Below the pieces are notes generated by a model. The model was not told the DNA's origin, made no database searches, and saw only the letters and a program-made list of their open reading frames with translations. Position numbers and translations under genes: made by a program. From Microbotryum violaceum (lineage: Eukaryota): a stretch of 64,000 nt of DNA. This document shows positions 25,025 to 37,525 of this stretch, in pieces. Position 1 is the stretch's first letter, and each line of letters opens with the position of its first letter. Where the stretch lies: NCBI GenBank assembly GCA_001244265.2, contig CDLV01000007.1, forward strand, positions 186,001 to 250,000, given 5' to 3'.

Positions 25025-26680
25025 CTACTGCAACAGATGATCCCTGTAATGCTTCTGGCTGTTGGCGCGGATCCCCCTCACGAACTCTTGCTTGGCCCTC
25101 TGGCGCAACTCGGCAAACTCGCGTGTCCCCTTGCCGGCCCACTTGGCCTCACCCTTGTTCCTCGCTTTGATGACATCACCATTGCCACCTGCTCCTGCAC
25201 CCTTGGCAGGGATGAGCGCGGCGTCGGCTAATCGAGAAGCGAACTTGCCTCCTTGCCCACGCGCCGAACCGTCCTGGTCGTCGACAAGTCGTAACAAAGC
25301 TTGCGACGAAGGCGAGGGTTTGTACGCTTTGCTCGGTTGCGAATGAGGGGCCGGGTCGAACGGAGTCGTGCCGTTGAGGTAAGGCAGAGGGTTCTGCTTG
25401 TGGATGTAGCGATGCGCTCGATGGCCGATCCTCACGCCGGAGGGGAGGACCAACTCATAAGTCGAATCGCCATACGTGATCTCCGAGTCGGGGAGGTCGT
25501 CGGAATCGGAATCGGAATCGTCCGAACCGTCGTCGCTGGCGGACTCGTAAACGACTTCCATCTCGGCGTCCTTCTTCCCATTCGTCTGACCCTCTTCCTC
25601 GATATCTTCCCATCCTTCCGCCTTTTGTTTCTCCAACTTGGCCCTTCTCTTGGCTTCCTTCCTGTCGAGCTTCTTCTGGAAATCGGGGTACGAGGACCTA
25701 AAGTCGTAGAAATCGGCCAGTTCCAATTTCTCGTCCTCGGTCGAGTACCTCAACTTGCAATGCCCCTTGGACTGCATGTGAGCCCTCACAGCCTCCACAC
25801 CTTTACTTGCTCTCTTGGCCAACTCTTCCAAAGACAAGCCCGTCGATTCGTCGAGGTTGATGTTGCCTCCATAACCTTTGCCACAGTTGATGCACACGTT
25901 CCAGGTACCGACTTCTTCACCGAGACGACGCAAGAGCCCTTCGAGGTCAACGAGATATTCCTGTTCGGGGATCACGAACGAATGTTGCTGACGCATGTGG
26001 GCAACGTTCTCGGTCGTAGAGGCCGAGGTGTGCGGGCAGAAGAGACAGGTCGTAGGGGCGATCGGAGGCGCGGTCTGGATGCGTCTGGCGACGAGGAGAT
26101 CGAGTTTGGGATCGCCAGATGATTCAAAGGGGACTTGCTTTCCATCCGCAGTGGGTTCGACCACGGCAGTCGACGTGGATGGAACGGGAGCTTGATCCAT
26201 AGCGATATCGGTCTGAGCTGGGGCCTGACTCGATTTGTCGACTGTGGGCGTGGAGAGCGACTTGGCGTCGACCTGACTGGCGAGACGAAAGACGCTCTCC
26301 TTGTGCTTTTTGGATCCGAGATGTACTTCTTGAGTAGCTAGGGTGGCGAAGGTTTTCCTGTAAGACCCGGAAGTCACATCAGTTTACGGTGGCATCGAAT
26401 GCGCCGAGTCACACGCCCTTTCGGAGACTCACTTGCAAGCCTTGCAATTCAACCTCTGTTCCTCCTGCTCGTCCTCCGATCCAGCAGCTTCCGCAAGCTT
26501 CGTGCTGCCGATCTTGTCATCAAAAACCTGCTGCGTGACGGGGGGCAAGCCGGCGACACGTCGTTTCGAGTTGTAACGGTGCAAATCGGATTGGTAATGC
26601 TCGCGTTGCGAAGCCGCGTCGACGAAAGCGAGCGAGCACGATAGGCACGTGTACGGGTGGGTCGAGGACGTGTCTTGCAT
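25025..26680 (-). CDS. REI1: Cytoplasmic pre-60S maturation factor Rei1/Reh1 (ZNF622)
   Basis: YTCLSCSLAF..QREHYQSDLHRYNSKRRVAGLPPV; CKACK|KTFAT..HLGSKKH; CLFC..HM..HSF.IP..EYLVDLEGLL..LG; AVRAHM.SKGHC; ELVLPSG.RIGHR; C-terminal NSQKHYRDHLLQ. Confidence 0.93.
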
Positions 26681-27945
26681 TGTGGGTCGAGTGAGTGGTC
26701 GAGTGAGTGGTTGATGTGAGATGGGGTGTGTGCGCGGGCGTGTGTGCCGATGCGAAGTGGAGGGTGGCAAAAGGGGTTGCGTTGCCACTGCGTGCACCGC
26801 GTACGCTGCGTGCGCTGGCGCTGCGAAGGTCCGGTTCCGTGAAGCTCCGTCAAGGCTCCGTGAGGCTCCGTGCGCGCGCCGGGCTAAGCTCAACTAAGCC
26901 TCCCTCTGGGAGGGCTTACGAGTTATCGGTGTGCTTGGCCCAGTTGCCCTCCGAAATTTCAGCGCCATTTTGGGGTGGTTCTCTGTAGCTCTGTGACTTG
27001 GCAAGTAGGGGCATCCATGTGAAGGATATTATTTTTCTTCATGCTCTAAAAATGACATACTCCAAGTGGCGAGACCTTTCATAAGCTGTGGGTGGAGCTA
27101 CAGCGATCCGAATATCCGAAGTCTGCGATTTCGGTCGATCGGGCCTCAGATGGTCCGAGCGCATCCTCCTCAACCTCAACCTCGATGGCGACAATGCTGT
27201 CGACCAAGATTTCGCTCCCGACGGGGCCGGTCGAGCCCATGCTCCTGGCGCCGTTGACCAAGCGACGATTCCCGTTGCTGTCCGTCGAGCGTTGGCTCCG
27301 GGTGGCGACGGTCGAGACGCAACCCCTCCTCCGGTCGGTCGAGCAATGTCTCCTGATCGTGAGCACACTTCCGCTGCGCTTGGTCGCGAGCGCGCTTCGG
27401 GCAACGGCGGTAGAGTTCAACACAGCAATGGTCAAGAGCTTGCTCCTATTGTTCCCAACGGTCGAGCACCAGCTTCTGTTGCTGGCGACAGTAGAGCACC
27501 AGCTTCTGTTGCTGGCGACAGTAGAGCACCGCCTCGCGTCGCCTCCCGTCGCCCGTCTTCTTTTCTTGACGACGATGCTGACAACAAACAACCCACCTGA
27601 TCCGAATCAGATTCCTGGTGGCTACGAGCCGGTGGTACCTACGACGGAGCGGACTTCCGAGTTGGCCGAACGCTGGGGTGCTCCTGCAGGGTCCCGCCGT
27701 CGAGAGCAGAGCAGCAAGCAATGTTCGTCGACGTGGGGACCATCTTGGGAGACGTGGTTCCCCTCAACGAGCTTCCCGAACGGGAACAAGTCCTCAACGT
27801 CGTCGTCAGACTCAAAGAATGCAACGGTTGGACCAACCTTTTCTCGATCGTTCAAGGATCCACCGAGGGCATCAGCGGAATCGAGGAACTTGAAGCGTAC
27901 CAGGTCTGGACCGGAAGTCCCGACGAGCCGACATACAAGTAGGCG

Positions 27946-29475
27946 ATGGCCGGCGAGGATCGCGAGGATTGGTCCATTTACCTCATGACCGAGTACTCGA
28001 TTCTGAACGGCATGAACACATGGGACAAGGAGGCCACCGATCCGCCGCCAGGGGTTCGAGCAATCCCAACGAAAATCGTCCTCATCCGCAAGCGGAATGA
28101 CAAAGGTGACATCATCAAGTACAAGGCAAGGATCGTCGCACGGGGGGATCTCCAGAACCATCACGGGAAAACATTCTCACTGACAGCTCGAATCGCCTCC
28201 ATCCGGATGATCAACGTCATAGCTCACGTCAAAGGGTATCGGCGGCTTCAGTTCGACGTCAACAGCGCATACCTTCATGGCCACATCACCGAACCACTAT
28301 GGATCAAGCTGCCGGACGGTTCCACCCATCGACTGCGCAAATCCCTGAATGGTCTCAAGCAGTCGGGTCGTGAGTGGAACAAGGTCTTGCATGCTGCACT
28401 CGTCGATCGCGGTTTCAAGCGAATGGAGGAGGATTTTGGGGTCTACCGAAGGGTTCGCAACATCGGGGGCGTCGATCGCACGACTCTCTTGGCCATCTAC
28501 GTCGACGACGGTCTTTTCGCCGGTGACGACGATCTCGAAGGGTTCCTCCGCGAGTTGGACCAACAGTTCAAGCTCAAGCGAGGCGAGGTCGAGTTATTCC
28601 TGGGGATGAAGATTGCCACCGACGACGCATCGGGGATCATGACCATTGACCAGTGCCACCAGATTGAGACCATCCTGAACAATCACGGGTTTGCGAACGC
28701 TTCCGCGGTGGCAACCCCAACCTCCGACAGCGATCAGCACTCAAATGGAGGGACTGCTCATCTCAAGCTCAACTATCGCCAGGTCTTTTGTGAGCTACTG
28801 TGGGTCTCAGGATGCACAAGGCCCGATATCTCTTATGCGGACACCCAACTTTCAAGACACTGCGCCGATCCGAAACCGGAACACTTTAGGCGAATGCGGC
28901 GAGTGCTTCGCTATCTGCGCGGGACAATTAATCGTCAACTCGAGTACAATCAACACTTGGGAATCGATGTGACCTTGTACTGCGACTCGGATCATGCAGC
29001 GGAGAAGTCGGGGCGTCGATCAATTTCGGGTTACACAGTCATCATGGCTGGGTCGGCGATCACATGTGCGTCCAAGCGCCAAGTATCGATTGCCACCTCG
29101 TCCGTCCAAGCCGAGTATCAAGGTCTCTCGGCTGCTGCCCGGGGGACGCTGTGGATTCGCTCTCTGCTTTTCTCACTCGGGTTCCCTCCATCTTCACCCA
29201 CCATCATTCATGGGGATTCAACGGGAGCAATTGCTTTGGCCGATCACCCGACCTCACACGCGACCACCAAGCACATTGTAACACACTACCACTTTACTCG
29301 AGAACTTGTCTCGAACGGCATCATCGAGCTCCGATGGATCGGGACCAAGGAGATAGTCGCGGACGGATTCACCAAGGGGCTCTCGCGCGTGCCACACGAG
29401 TCGTTCGTTCGGATGCTTGGAATGGTGGACGCTCCTCGCCAGGGGGCGTGTTGGAAGGGACTGCGCGAGCAGTAA
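27946..29475 (+). pseudogene. Copia reverse transcriptase (RVT_2) / RNase H reading frame
   Basis: 509-aa ORF preceded by an in-frame TAG (EPTYK*AMAG) and by apparent frameshifts at ~27600 and ~27720. Several conserved residues are altered (KSLYG>KSLNG, SW>TC, EAEY>QAEY). Confidence 0.85.
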
Positions 29476-29586
29476 TGGGTAATGGCTAGAAGCGTCTTTG
29501 GGGGTTTTTGGGTAGTTTAAGCCATTTTGGCCAGGGAGGCGCGGACTGCGTCAGCGGCGGTGCGGAGTCCTCTTGATTGGTTCCTC

Positions 29587-29727
29587 ACCAATCATTGACT
29601 CTGCTTTCGACCGTTAACTGAAGTTCGTGTTCTCGTCTTCCTGGACCAAAGGTGTGTAATTGACCAATCATTGACTCTGCTATCGACCGTTGACTGAAGT
29701 TCGTGTTCTCGTCTTCCTGGACCAAAG
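29587..29727. repeat. Two 65-bp direct repeats (period 76 bp, 2 mismatches) in the putative LTR region
   Basis: ACCAATCATTGACTCTGCT(T/A)TCGACCGTT(A/G)ACTGAAGTTCGTGTTCTCGTCTTCCTGGACCAAAG at 29587-29651 and 29663-29727. Confidence 0.92.
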
Positions 29728-29745
29728 ATCGCCTCGCCTCGAAAT

Positions 29746-30445
29746 TTAACTTTGTTGATCCCTCGCCCTCTCCAAAAGTTTGACAAACATCCTCACATAT
29801 CTCGACCTCGCCTCATCGCACGAAATACCCTCATCCTCCTTCCACGCATTATATTTCGCCAAAGCGGAGGAAAAGATGCTCCAGGTCGGGAGATGTCGAC
29901 GTCACCGATCAGTCCTTGTTGTTGAAGGGCGTAGAAGGTGAGGACTTCTTCGTTGATGGGTTTGAGGAGCCCGTTGGGCCAACTTAGTTGGGAGGCGATG
30001 GATTGGACTTTCATGAATTGGCGGTAGGTTTCTGCGAAGGGGTAGGGTGTCTTGACATCAAGTCCGAGCACAAGGTGATATTATTCGATGACTCTGAAGC
30101 CTGCTGCTCATGCGCTCGAGGCTGCGAGAGGCACCTCTAATGTTGTGCGAAGGAACCCAGAGGTCTCCGATTACCTCACTACTGTCCGGAGAACTCCTCT
30201 CGGGCACCGAGCAAACGACTGTGTTCACTCCTGCACAGTCCGCCATTGCGCTCACTGGCAAGGGGTAGCGCGAATCGGGATCAGCCGAGTTCGTGGTGAT
30301 GCTCGATCAGGGGTGACGCACACTGTCACATATGTAAAGTCCACTCACTTCCTCGAGCTACGAATGGTCGTGTTTGCTCGACCGCCAGTGCCAGAGCCAA
30401 ATGCAGCGCTGATGACAAGACACCGAGGAGGAGTAGGAGCTTCAT
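29746..30445 (-). pseudogene. Probable pseudogene: putative signal-peptide exon upstream of an acyl-CoA-binding (ACBP) domain
   Basis: Exon 1 reads MKLLLLLGVLSSALHLALALAVEQ. Downstream is KPINEEVLTFYALQQQGLIGDVDISRPG, then after a 1-nt frameshift at ~29880, IFSSALAKYNAWKEDEGISCDEARSRYVRMFVKLL. Together these match the ACBP pattern (P.NEE.L.LY.L.KQ...GD....RPG.......AKW.AW....G.S.EEA...Y). There is an in-frame TAA near 30081. Confidence 0.65.
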
Positions 30446-30915
30446 TGTTGGCTCAAAGGATTGAGATCGCCCGCGATGGAAGTCGACGCCGGGTTGGAAT
30501 GTACAGGTGGCTCCGAGTCGAGTGGAGCGCCAGTCTTGGGATGGGAGAAGAAGAAGGGAAGGAACAGAAGCAGTGTGTCGATGAGCGAAGTTGAGCAACG
30601 ACTCCGTGGTCACCAGTCAGAGAAACACGATCATCGCTCGTTAGCAATAGTCGCATGTTCCAAGGAATTGCCGAAGGACCCCGATGCCGAGTCGGAATCG
30701 CCCCAGCCGCGCCATGCCTCGCGTTCTGGCTCGATCGGGCAACTTGTGCTGTGTCCGCTCGGAACGCTGACATCACCTTCGGGCAACCGACACCCATCTA
30801 CTTACGTACGCATTGCAAATAATCATTATATGGTGCATGGCTAAATCATTGCGAGATGCGAAGATGTGGGGCCAACGTTGATGCTCTTCGCGTCGGGCAG
30901 GCGCGCGCCGTCCAA

Positions 30916-32205
30916 TCAAAAGTTTTGCTTTTCGTCGAGTTCTCTCAACTCCTCCTGCGATCGATGGGCAGCACGTGCGCATGATCCCAGGTTGTTGTGA
31001 GTTAATCAACCACATGTCACGTCGACCAAGAAGTTTTACTCACCTCTGTAAGCAGATCGCCTGCATCAACCTCGACCTCAAACTCGACCGAATCGGCCCT
31101 CTTGATCCCCTTCTTCTCCCTCTTGAGCTTGTCTTCCATATCCTTAGCCTCCTTCGCGAAGTCCCGGTCCTTGGTCACAGGTTTGAACGCCCCCAGATTC
31201 GCCAGCCGATCCGCTTCTTCATTCGCTTCGATCCCTACATGGGCTTTCACTTTGCGGAACGAGATATTCGAAGTCAGGGAGTTCGGATCGGGGCTGGGTC
31301 GAGACGCGATGAGGGAAAGGGTGTAGAGAATCAAGTCTTGGTTCATGACGGGACCGCCGCTGGAAGTCTTCCAATTGCGAGCACGCCAGGATGGTATCCA
31401 TTGCGAGAATACGGAAATGGTGTATTGCGAGTCGGAGCAAATGGTGAGGGGAAGCTCCGGGTGTGGGTCTTCTTCGAGGATTCGGGCTACGGCCTGCAAG
31501 TGGGGGTGGATGAACACAACAGAGTCAATATATGCACATACTGCATCATGGTAGTTGACCTTGGACTTGCATACATCTCGGCCCGATTATTGGTTTGCAG
31601 CTTGCCAGGCAGTCGCTCCGAGAGGTTTCTGAGGTGAAGGTCCGGACGGAGTCATCACCCAAGTTCGCTTTTGGTCAGTATAGTTAAAGGATAAGACCCA
31701 TATGAAAGCACTGACGAAGCGTCGACGCCCTGTTGCCAAACGACCCCTATTCCGGCGACGGCGCCTTTTTGCCCGTTCCCCCTCGACGATCCATCGCAAT
31801 AGACGACCCTCGTCTCGCCTTTGCGCGCTTGAGCGCTGCTTGATGACACTTTGCCCAATTTGATAGGTTTGGTATCCTTGCTCTCGTCGTGTGCGCTCTC
31901 CCTCTTGAGTCGCTGCACTCCCTGAGTTGCCGCTAAAGAGGAGGTAGCTGTGGTTGACGACGACGAAGCGAGTCCGTTGACGTAGCTCTCTGCGGATTGC
32001 CGATCGGCAAATTTCTTATGCACCGCTCCTGTGAAGCCTTTGACTTGGGCTTCGGCATCGGACCACGTTGTATAGACGCCAGGTTGTCGACCTCTTCTCA
32101 CTGTGCGCGACGAAGAGGGGGGTCGGTCAGCGGTCGGTGGTCTGCGAAGCATGACGTCAAAGGGTCGAGGATGTACGTACCGGCGTAGAACCCCGGCTTG
32201 GCCAT
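30916..32205 (-). CDS. RNH1: Ribonuclease H1
   Basis: Hybrid-binding domain KPGFYA|VRRGRQPGVYTTWSDAEAQVKGFTGAVHKKF. Catalytic domain VYCDGSSRGNG..AGIGV; ERLPGKLQTNNRAEMYA; ICSDSQYTI..WIPSW....WKTSSGGPVMNQDLI; KVKAHVGIEANEEADRLA. Confidence 0.93.
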
Positions 32206-32579
32206 ACCTTGTCCGATCAAGGTAGCGAGTTGTTTGAGACGGTCCAGATTTGTTTGGGAGGAAGGGGCAGCGTGGTTGGATGGGAGCTGATGAGAGCGTG
32301 GGGGCTGGGAGCGAGGGGAGTGACGGGCCCAAGTGGGGGTGAGAGGGAATCGGGTTTCAGGGCACACGGACTCTCGTAACGCGCTAAAAGTTTGTTTTTC
32401 CCACGTAGACGAGCAAGGAAACTAGAGCTCGGACGTAGGATGGTGATTTAGTCATGCCGAGTCAATAGCCAGGGAATGGGCTGTTGTGCAGTGGCGACGT
32501 TGGAGAGAAGATTTAAACAGGGGTCACTGGCGGGCGGCGGTCGATCAATGCGCTCGCAAGCAATTTGGACCGCGTCCAG

Positions 32580-32624
32580 TTCGGCTGCGACTCGATTCGG
32601 CTGCGACTCGATTCGGCTGCGATT
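32580..32624. repeat. 16-bp tandem repeat TTCGGCTGCGACTCGA (~2.7 copies) in the RNH1-UPF1 divergent intergenic region
   Basis: Read directly from the sequence. Confidence 0.85.
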
Positions 32625-32925
32625 CACCTGCGCCGGAAGTCGGGTTAGACAATCGCCGAGCTCAGAGGGAGTGCGTGCTCAGATTCGGTCTCACACGCAG
32701 GGTCACTTTGGATCTTGTTGAGGCCGTAGGCAAGCGCATTCAATTAGTGCAGAGGCCGAGAAGGTGGCAGTTGAGCCGCGAGCGGTGTTGAATTGCGATT
32801 TGCAGTGCAGCGGCCAGCCAGCGCCCGACTTGCGCGCTGATCCTGACTCGCTCACTGCCCATCCACTATAGTCCACTATCCACTACTGCTGGCTGCATTC
32901 GTCCCCGGGCTAACTGCGAGCGCTC

Positions 32926-33051
32926 ATGTCGGCGTACGGCTTCTCACATCTCGATGGCGCATCGGCCTACTCGTTCAACCCCAACGACGACACCACATCC
33001 GTGCACTCGTCCGCGCTGACCGAACATACAGCTCAGTCTCAGGCTCAGGCT

Positions 33052-33086
<35 letters not shown>

Positions 33087-36000
33087 CCCGTCAGCAACTA
33101 GCGAAGCCGTCGCTTCGGGTGCAAACACCGCCCAAAACCATGGTCACCATCACCCAGGGTCGAACGGACATCATCAGCAACTCGAGCTGGACTTCCACAG
33201 TCTCACACTCGATGACTTGAATGGGCGTCCGACGGGAGAAGCGAGCTCGTCCGGCGGCGACACGAACGACCTCGACCCCAACGCGGTCGCGAACCTGTAT
33301 GACGATGACTTTGCGGGTATGCTCGACGATCTCAACAGGGAACTACCCCCTCATGCATGCTCGTGAGTGGGGGCCGTCTGGATCAGAGCAAGCTTCTTGA
33401 CTTGGAGCTGACTGCGAACGGCGAATGAACGTGCGAATGCCCGAATCCATACCGCAATAGTTACTGCGGCATCCACAACCCAGCCTGCGTCGTCAAGTGC
33501 CTCATTTGCAACAAGTGGTTCTGCAACTCGCGCGGATCGACGTCCGGGTCCCACATCGTCAACCACCTCGTACGCGCCAAGCACAGGGAAGTCACCCTTC
33601 ACGCCGAATCTCCTCTAGGAGAGACCACCCCCGAATGCTATGCGTGCGGTGCCAAGAACGTGTTCATTCTCGGATTCATCCCCGCCAAGAGCGATACCGT
33701 CGTCGTCTTGCTCTGTCGGTACGTGGCCGCTCTGACTTGGTTTCACTCCAGTTCGGCGACGGCGAACCTCCTTTCCTTTTCCTGACCGACGCGTGTTGCT
33801 CTCTTCAGTCAACCCTGCGCAGCGATGCAGTCCTCAAAGAATATCGTCTGGGACACGACGCAATGGTCACCCCTGATTGAGGATCGCTCGTTCCTCTCCT
33901 GGCTTGTCAAGATCCCGTCCGAGCAGGAACAGCTCCGAGCGAGGCAGATCACCTTCCACCAGATCAACAAGCTCGAAGAGCTGTGGAGGGACAATGCCGA
34001 AGCGACGCTGGAAGATTTGGAAAAGCCGGGCGTTGACGATGAGCCACAACCGATATTGCTCAAGTAGGCCGCACTGTGACTGGACTTTTCACGTTCCTGC
34101 TCCAAGCTGATCCAACAACTCGAACCACCCATCAGATACGAGGACGCCTATCTGTACCAAAACATCTTTGGTCCGCTCGTCAAAATCGAAGCCGACTACG
34201 ACAAGCGACTCAAGGAATCGCAAACGCAGGAAGGGCTCGTCGTGCGCTGGGACATGGGTCTCAACCAGAAGCGCATCGCCTGGTTCAACCTCCCCAAACT
34301 CGAATCGGGTGAGGTGCGCTTGGCCGTCGGCGACGAGTTGAGGTTGAAGTACCATGGCGAGTTGCACAAGGCGTGGGAAGGGGTCGGTCATGTCATCAAG
34401 GTGCCCAATAGTGAGTCACAAGTCTCTGCACACCTTGATGTAGCATCCGGAGGCTAACCCAGTCTGCACCATATGCAGACGTCTCTGACGAGATCGCTCT
34501 CGAGCTGAGACGCAATGACGGCGTACCAATCGATTGCACCCACAACTTCTCCGCCGACTTTGTTTGGAAGTCGACTTCATTCGACCGCATGCAGCTTGCG
34601 ATGAAGACCTTTGCCGTCGACGAGCAGTCCGTCAGCGGATACATCTACCACAAGTTGATGGGTCACGAGGCGGCACCACCTCAGGTCTTGAGGGCGCAGA
34701 TGCCCAAAAGGTGAAGCCGAGCAATCAGTCGAAGTTGAAGAGGTATTTCTGCAGCTGATCTGAGGATACCTCATCACCACCAGGGTTTCCGCTCCGACTT
34801 TGCCTGACCTCAACCACTCGCAAATTTTCGCCGTCAAGAGTGTGCTGCAAAAGCCGCTCAGTTTGATTCAAGTAAGTTCGCTTTGGACGCACCAGAAATT
34901 AGGTTGCATGCTGCTGATCCTTGTGCACATTCTCCTCTCAGGGTCCTCCTGGAACCGGAAAGACCGTGACGTCGGCTTCGATTGTCTACCACCTCTCCAA
35001 GATGAACCCCGGCCAAGTGCTCGTCTGTGCCCCTTCAAACGTCGCCGTCGATCAACTGACGGAGAAGATCCACCAGACCGGCCTCAAGGTCGTTCGAGTG
35101 ACGGCCAAATCTCGAGAGGCGCTCGAGTCGTCCGTGTCCTTCTTGACCCTACACGCCCAGGTTGCCAACTCGGACACCCACGTCGAACTGCAAAAGCTCA
35201 TCCAGTTGAAGGAGAGTCAAGGCGAATTGAGCTCGAGCGATGAGCGCAAGTTCAAGGCCTTGACGAGGGCGTGCGAGAAGGAGATTCTGGGGAGCGCGGA
35301 TGTCATATGCTGTACCTGCGTGGGTTGTGGGGATCCGAGGTTGGCCAAGTTCAAGTTTAGGACCGTCCTGATCGATGAGGCTACTCAAGCTGTTAGTTCA
35401 CCGACATCAGAGCGCGGTTTCGATGTGCGCTGACCGATTGATCCGCATCACTCAGACCGAGCCGGAGTGCATGATTCCCCTGACGTTCGGCGTCAAGCAG
35501 CTCGTCATGGTCGGCGATCATTCGCAGCTCGGTCCGACGATCATGAACAAGAAGGCTGCGCGAGCCGGCCTAGCCCAATCATTATTCGAACGCCTCGTCC
35601 TCCTCGGCAACCGACCAATCCGTCTTCAAGTCCAGTACCGCATGCATCCTTGCCTGTCCGAGTTCCCTTCCAACATGTTCTACGAGGGTACACTACAGAA
35701 CGGTGTGACTGCGCCGGAACGGTTGCGCAAGAACGTCGATTTCCCTTGGCCTCAACCATCGACGCCGATGTACTTCCACCAGAATCTTGGGCAGGAGGAG
35801 ATCTCGTCGAGTGGAACGTCCTTCCTCAATCGGTAGGTTCATTTTAGGGTCTGCGACGGGCAGCAGCCCACGCACTGGATACTGATTCTCGGGTGTTTCA
35901 CCCATCCGCACAGCACGGAGGCCTCGAACGTCGAAAAGATCGTCACGCGTTTCTTCAAATCGGGCGTTCTCCCGTCCCAAATCGGCGTCATCACCCCTTA

Positions 36001-36949
36001 CGAAGGCCAACGCTCCTACGTTGTCTCGTACATGCAGTTCAACGGCTCGCTCAAGAAGGAGTTGTACAAGGACGTCGAAGTCGCTTCCGTCGATGCGTTC
36101 CAAGGGCGAGAGAAGGATTACATCATCGTTTCGTGCGTGCGAAGTAACGAACATCAGGGGATTGGGTTCTTGGATGATCCAAGGCGTCTTAACGTCGCTT
36201 TGACGCGAGCCAAGTATGGGTGTGTCATTTTGGGGAACCCCAAGGTGTTGAGCAAGGTGAGACTTGAATGGTCTCCACCGTAGCCGCGCTCCTCGTAGGC
36301 TGACCCTGAAAGCCTCTTCCTTCCGCAGCACGCTCTATGGCACTATCTCTTGACGCACTACAAGGAGAAAGGCTGCCTCGTCGAAGGACCGCTGAACAAC
36401 CTCCAACCGAGCATGATCCAATTCTCCAAGCCTCGCCGACCCTACAAAGCAAGCGAGAACTCGAAGCGCTTCGAACACAGTGCAAGGGACATGCTCGACG
36501 GTGATCGTAACGGTCTCGGCGTCCCTTCTCGGTTCGACTCGTCCTTCTTCCGTACCCACGACGCGTTGAGTTCGATCCCTTCGGATGCGCAATCCGTTCG
36601 TTCGCAAGCGACCTATTCTTCAGGGATGCCGACGTTCTCACAAGCTGGTTCGGCCTACCCCGGTTCGATCAAACGCGGTGCATCATCCTACGCCTCGTCG
36701 ACGCTTTCGCAAGACTTGCATTCGCACGCCTCGGACACGGCCTCCGTTCGCGACGACGTCTCCTCCATCAACGGAGGCACCGCAGGAAGTCTTGCCTTTT
36801 CGCAAGCCGATCGCTTGAGGAGGGATGAGGAGTTTGAGGCGTCGAGCGCGTACAAGAGTTTGGGGGAGAGGGCTTGGAGCTCACATGGAGATGATGATGA
36901 TGCGAGTTCGCAGTATACCGTGTCCGCCGCCGGAACGACGGAGTACTAA
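32926..36949 (+). CDS. UPF1: UPF1/NAM7 nonsense-mediated decay SF1 RNA helicase
   Basis: CH domain ([45 protein letters not shown]); [75 protein letters not shown]. About ten introns. Confidence 0.97.
33052..33084 (+). repeat. (CAG)11 microsatellite encoding polyQ in the UPF1 N-terminus
   Basis: Pure CAG run, in frame with the UPF1 ORF. Confidence 0.95.
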
Positions 36950-37525
36950 GCGCCTCGCACGCAGGCTTTTTCCTCGAGGCACTACTGGACCCGTCCTTCG
37001 CGTTCGGCGCGGAAGCATATGTATGCCACGCCTTCGGTCGGCACCTCACCTTCTTCTCTTTTTGTCTCCTCGTATCGGGTGGAGGTAGACCACGCATCGC
37101 CGTGCCCGTCTACGCTATGCACCACGTCAGAGGCGCTCATGCACCGTCGACTTTCCTTCGGTGGGCAAGCCGCTCGTCGAGTTTAGTGGCATGCGCTTCA
37201 CTCCGACGCTTGACCCGCCGGTCGTCCCCCAATACTCGTCGACGACACGCTTTACTTTGTTGGAGGCTTAGGATACATTTTTTTTTTTTTTTTTTTTCCG
37301 CTTTCCCATTCGTAGTCCCATTACGGATCATGGATCGGAAGTCCCAGCTTTGTAGGAGTAAACTTTCTCTGGGCTCGTGGAATGCCAGTTCTTTCGTTCG
37401 AGTGGAAAATCATGCCAGTCTTTGGACGACTTCTTCATATGAATAGAGGCACCCCAACTCTGATTGCACACACCATTGGAAGAAGCGTCCCCGAGAAAGG
37501 GAAAAAAAGCAAAGAGGGGAATCGA

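Larger units (their letters stand above)
27080..29730 (+). mobile_element. 5'-truncated, degenerate Ty1/copia LTR retrotransposon (linker, RT, RNase H, PPT, remnant of the 3' LTR)
   Basis: Copia RT motifs YKARIVARG, QFDVNSAYLHG, LRKSLNGLKQSGREW, LAIYVDDG and TRPDIS. RNase H motifs YCDSDHA, SSVQAEY, IHGDSTGA and VADGFTKGL. The purine tract AGGGGGCG is followed by TGTTGG at 29449. No gag, protease, integrase core or 5' LTR is visible. Confidence 0.9.

Noticed and set aside
25301-26122. Long antisense ORFs over REI1, and similar ones over SCAP, UPF1, CCT4 and MER3
   Set aside because: These are shadow ORFs expected from GC-rich codon usage on the opposite strand, with no independent motifs.
27464-27529. 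30-bp tandem repeat in the copia linker (APASVAGDSR repeats)
   Set aside because: Ordinary low-complexity expansion in the integrase-RT linker, already explained by the element.
29781-29789. TGACA/AAACA as the right end of the copia LTR
   Set aside because: This position lies inside the ACBP-like reading frame on the minus strand (..YVRMFVKLL..), so it is probably host sequence.
37278-37297. T20 tract downstream of UPF1, and G18 at 37944-37961
   Set aside because: These are simple homopolymers in the UTR/intergenic region and in an intron. There is no TSD or retrocopy body to suggest a retroposed poly(A) tail.
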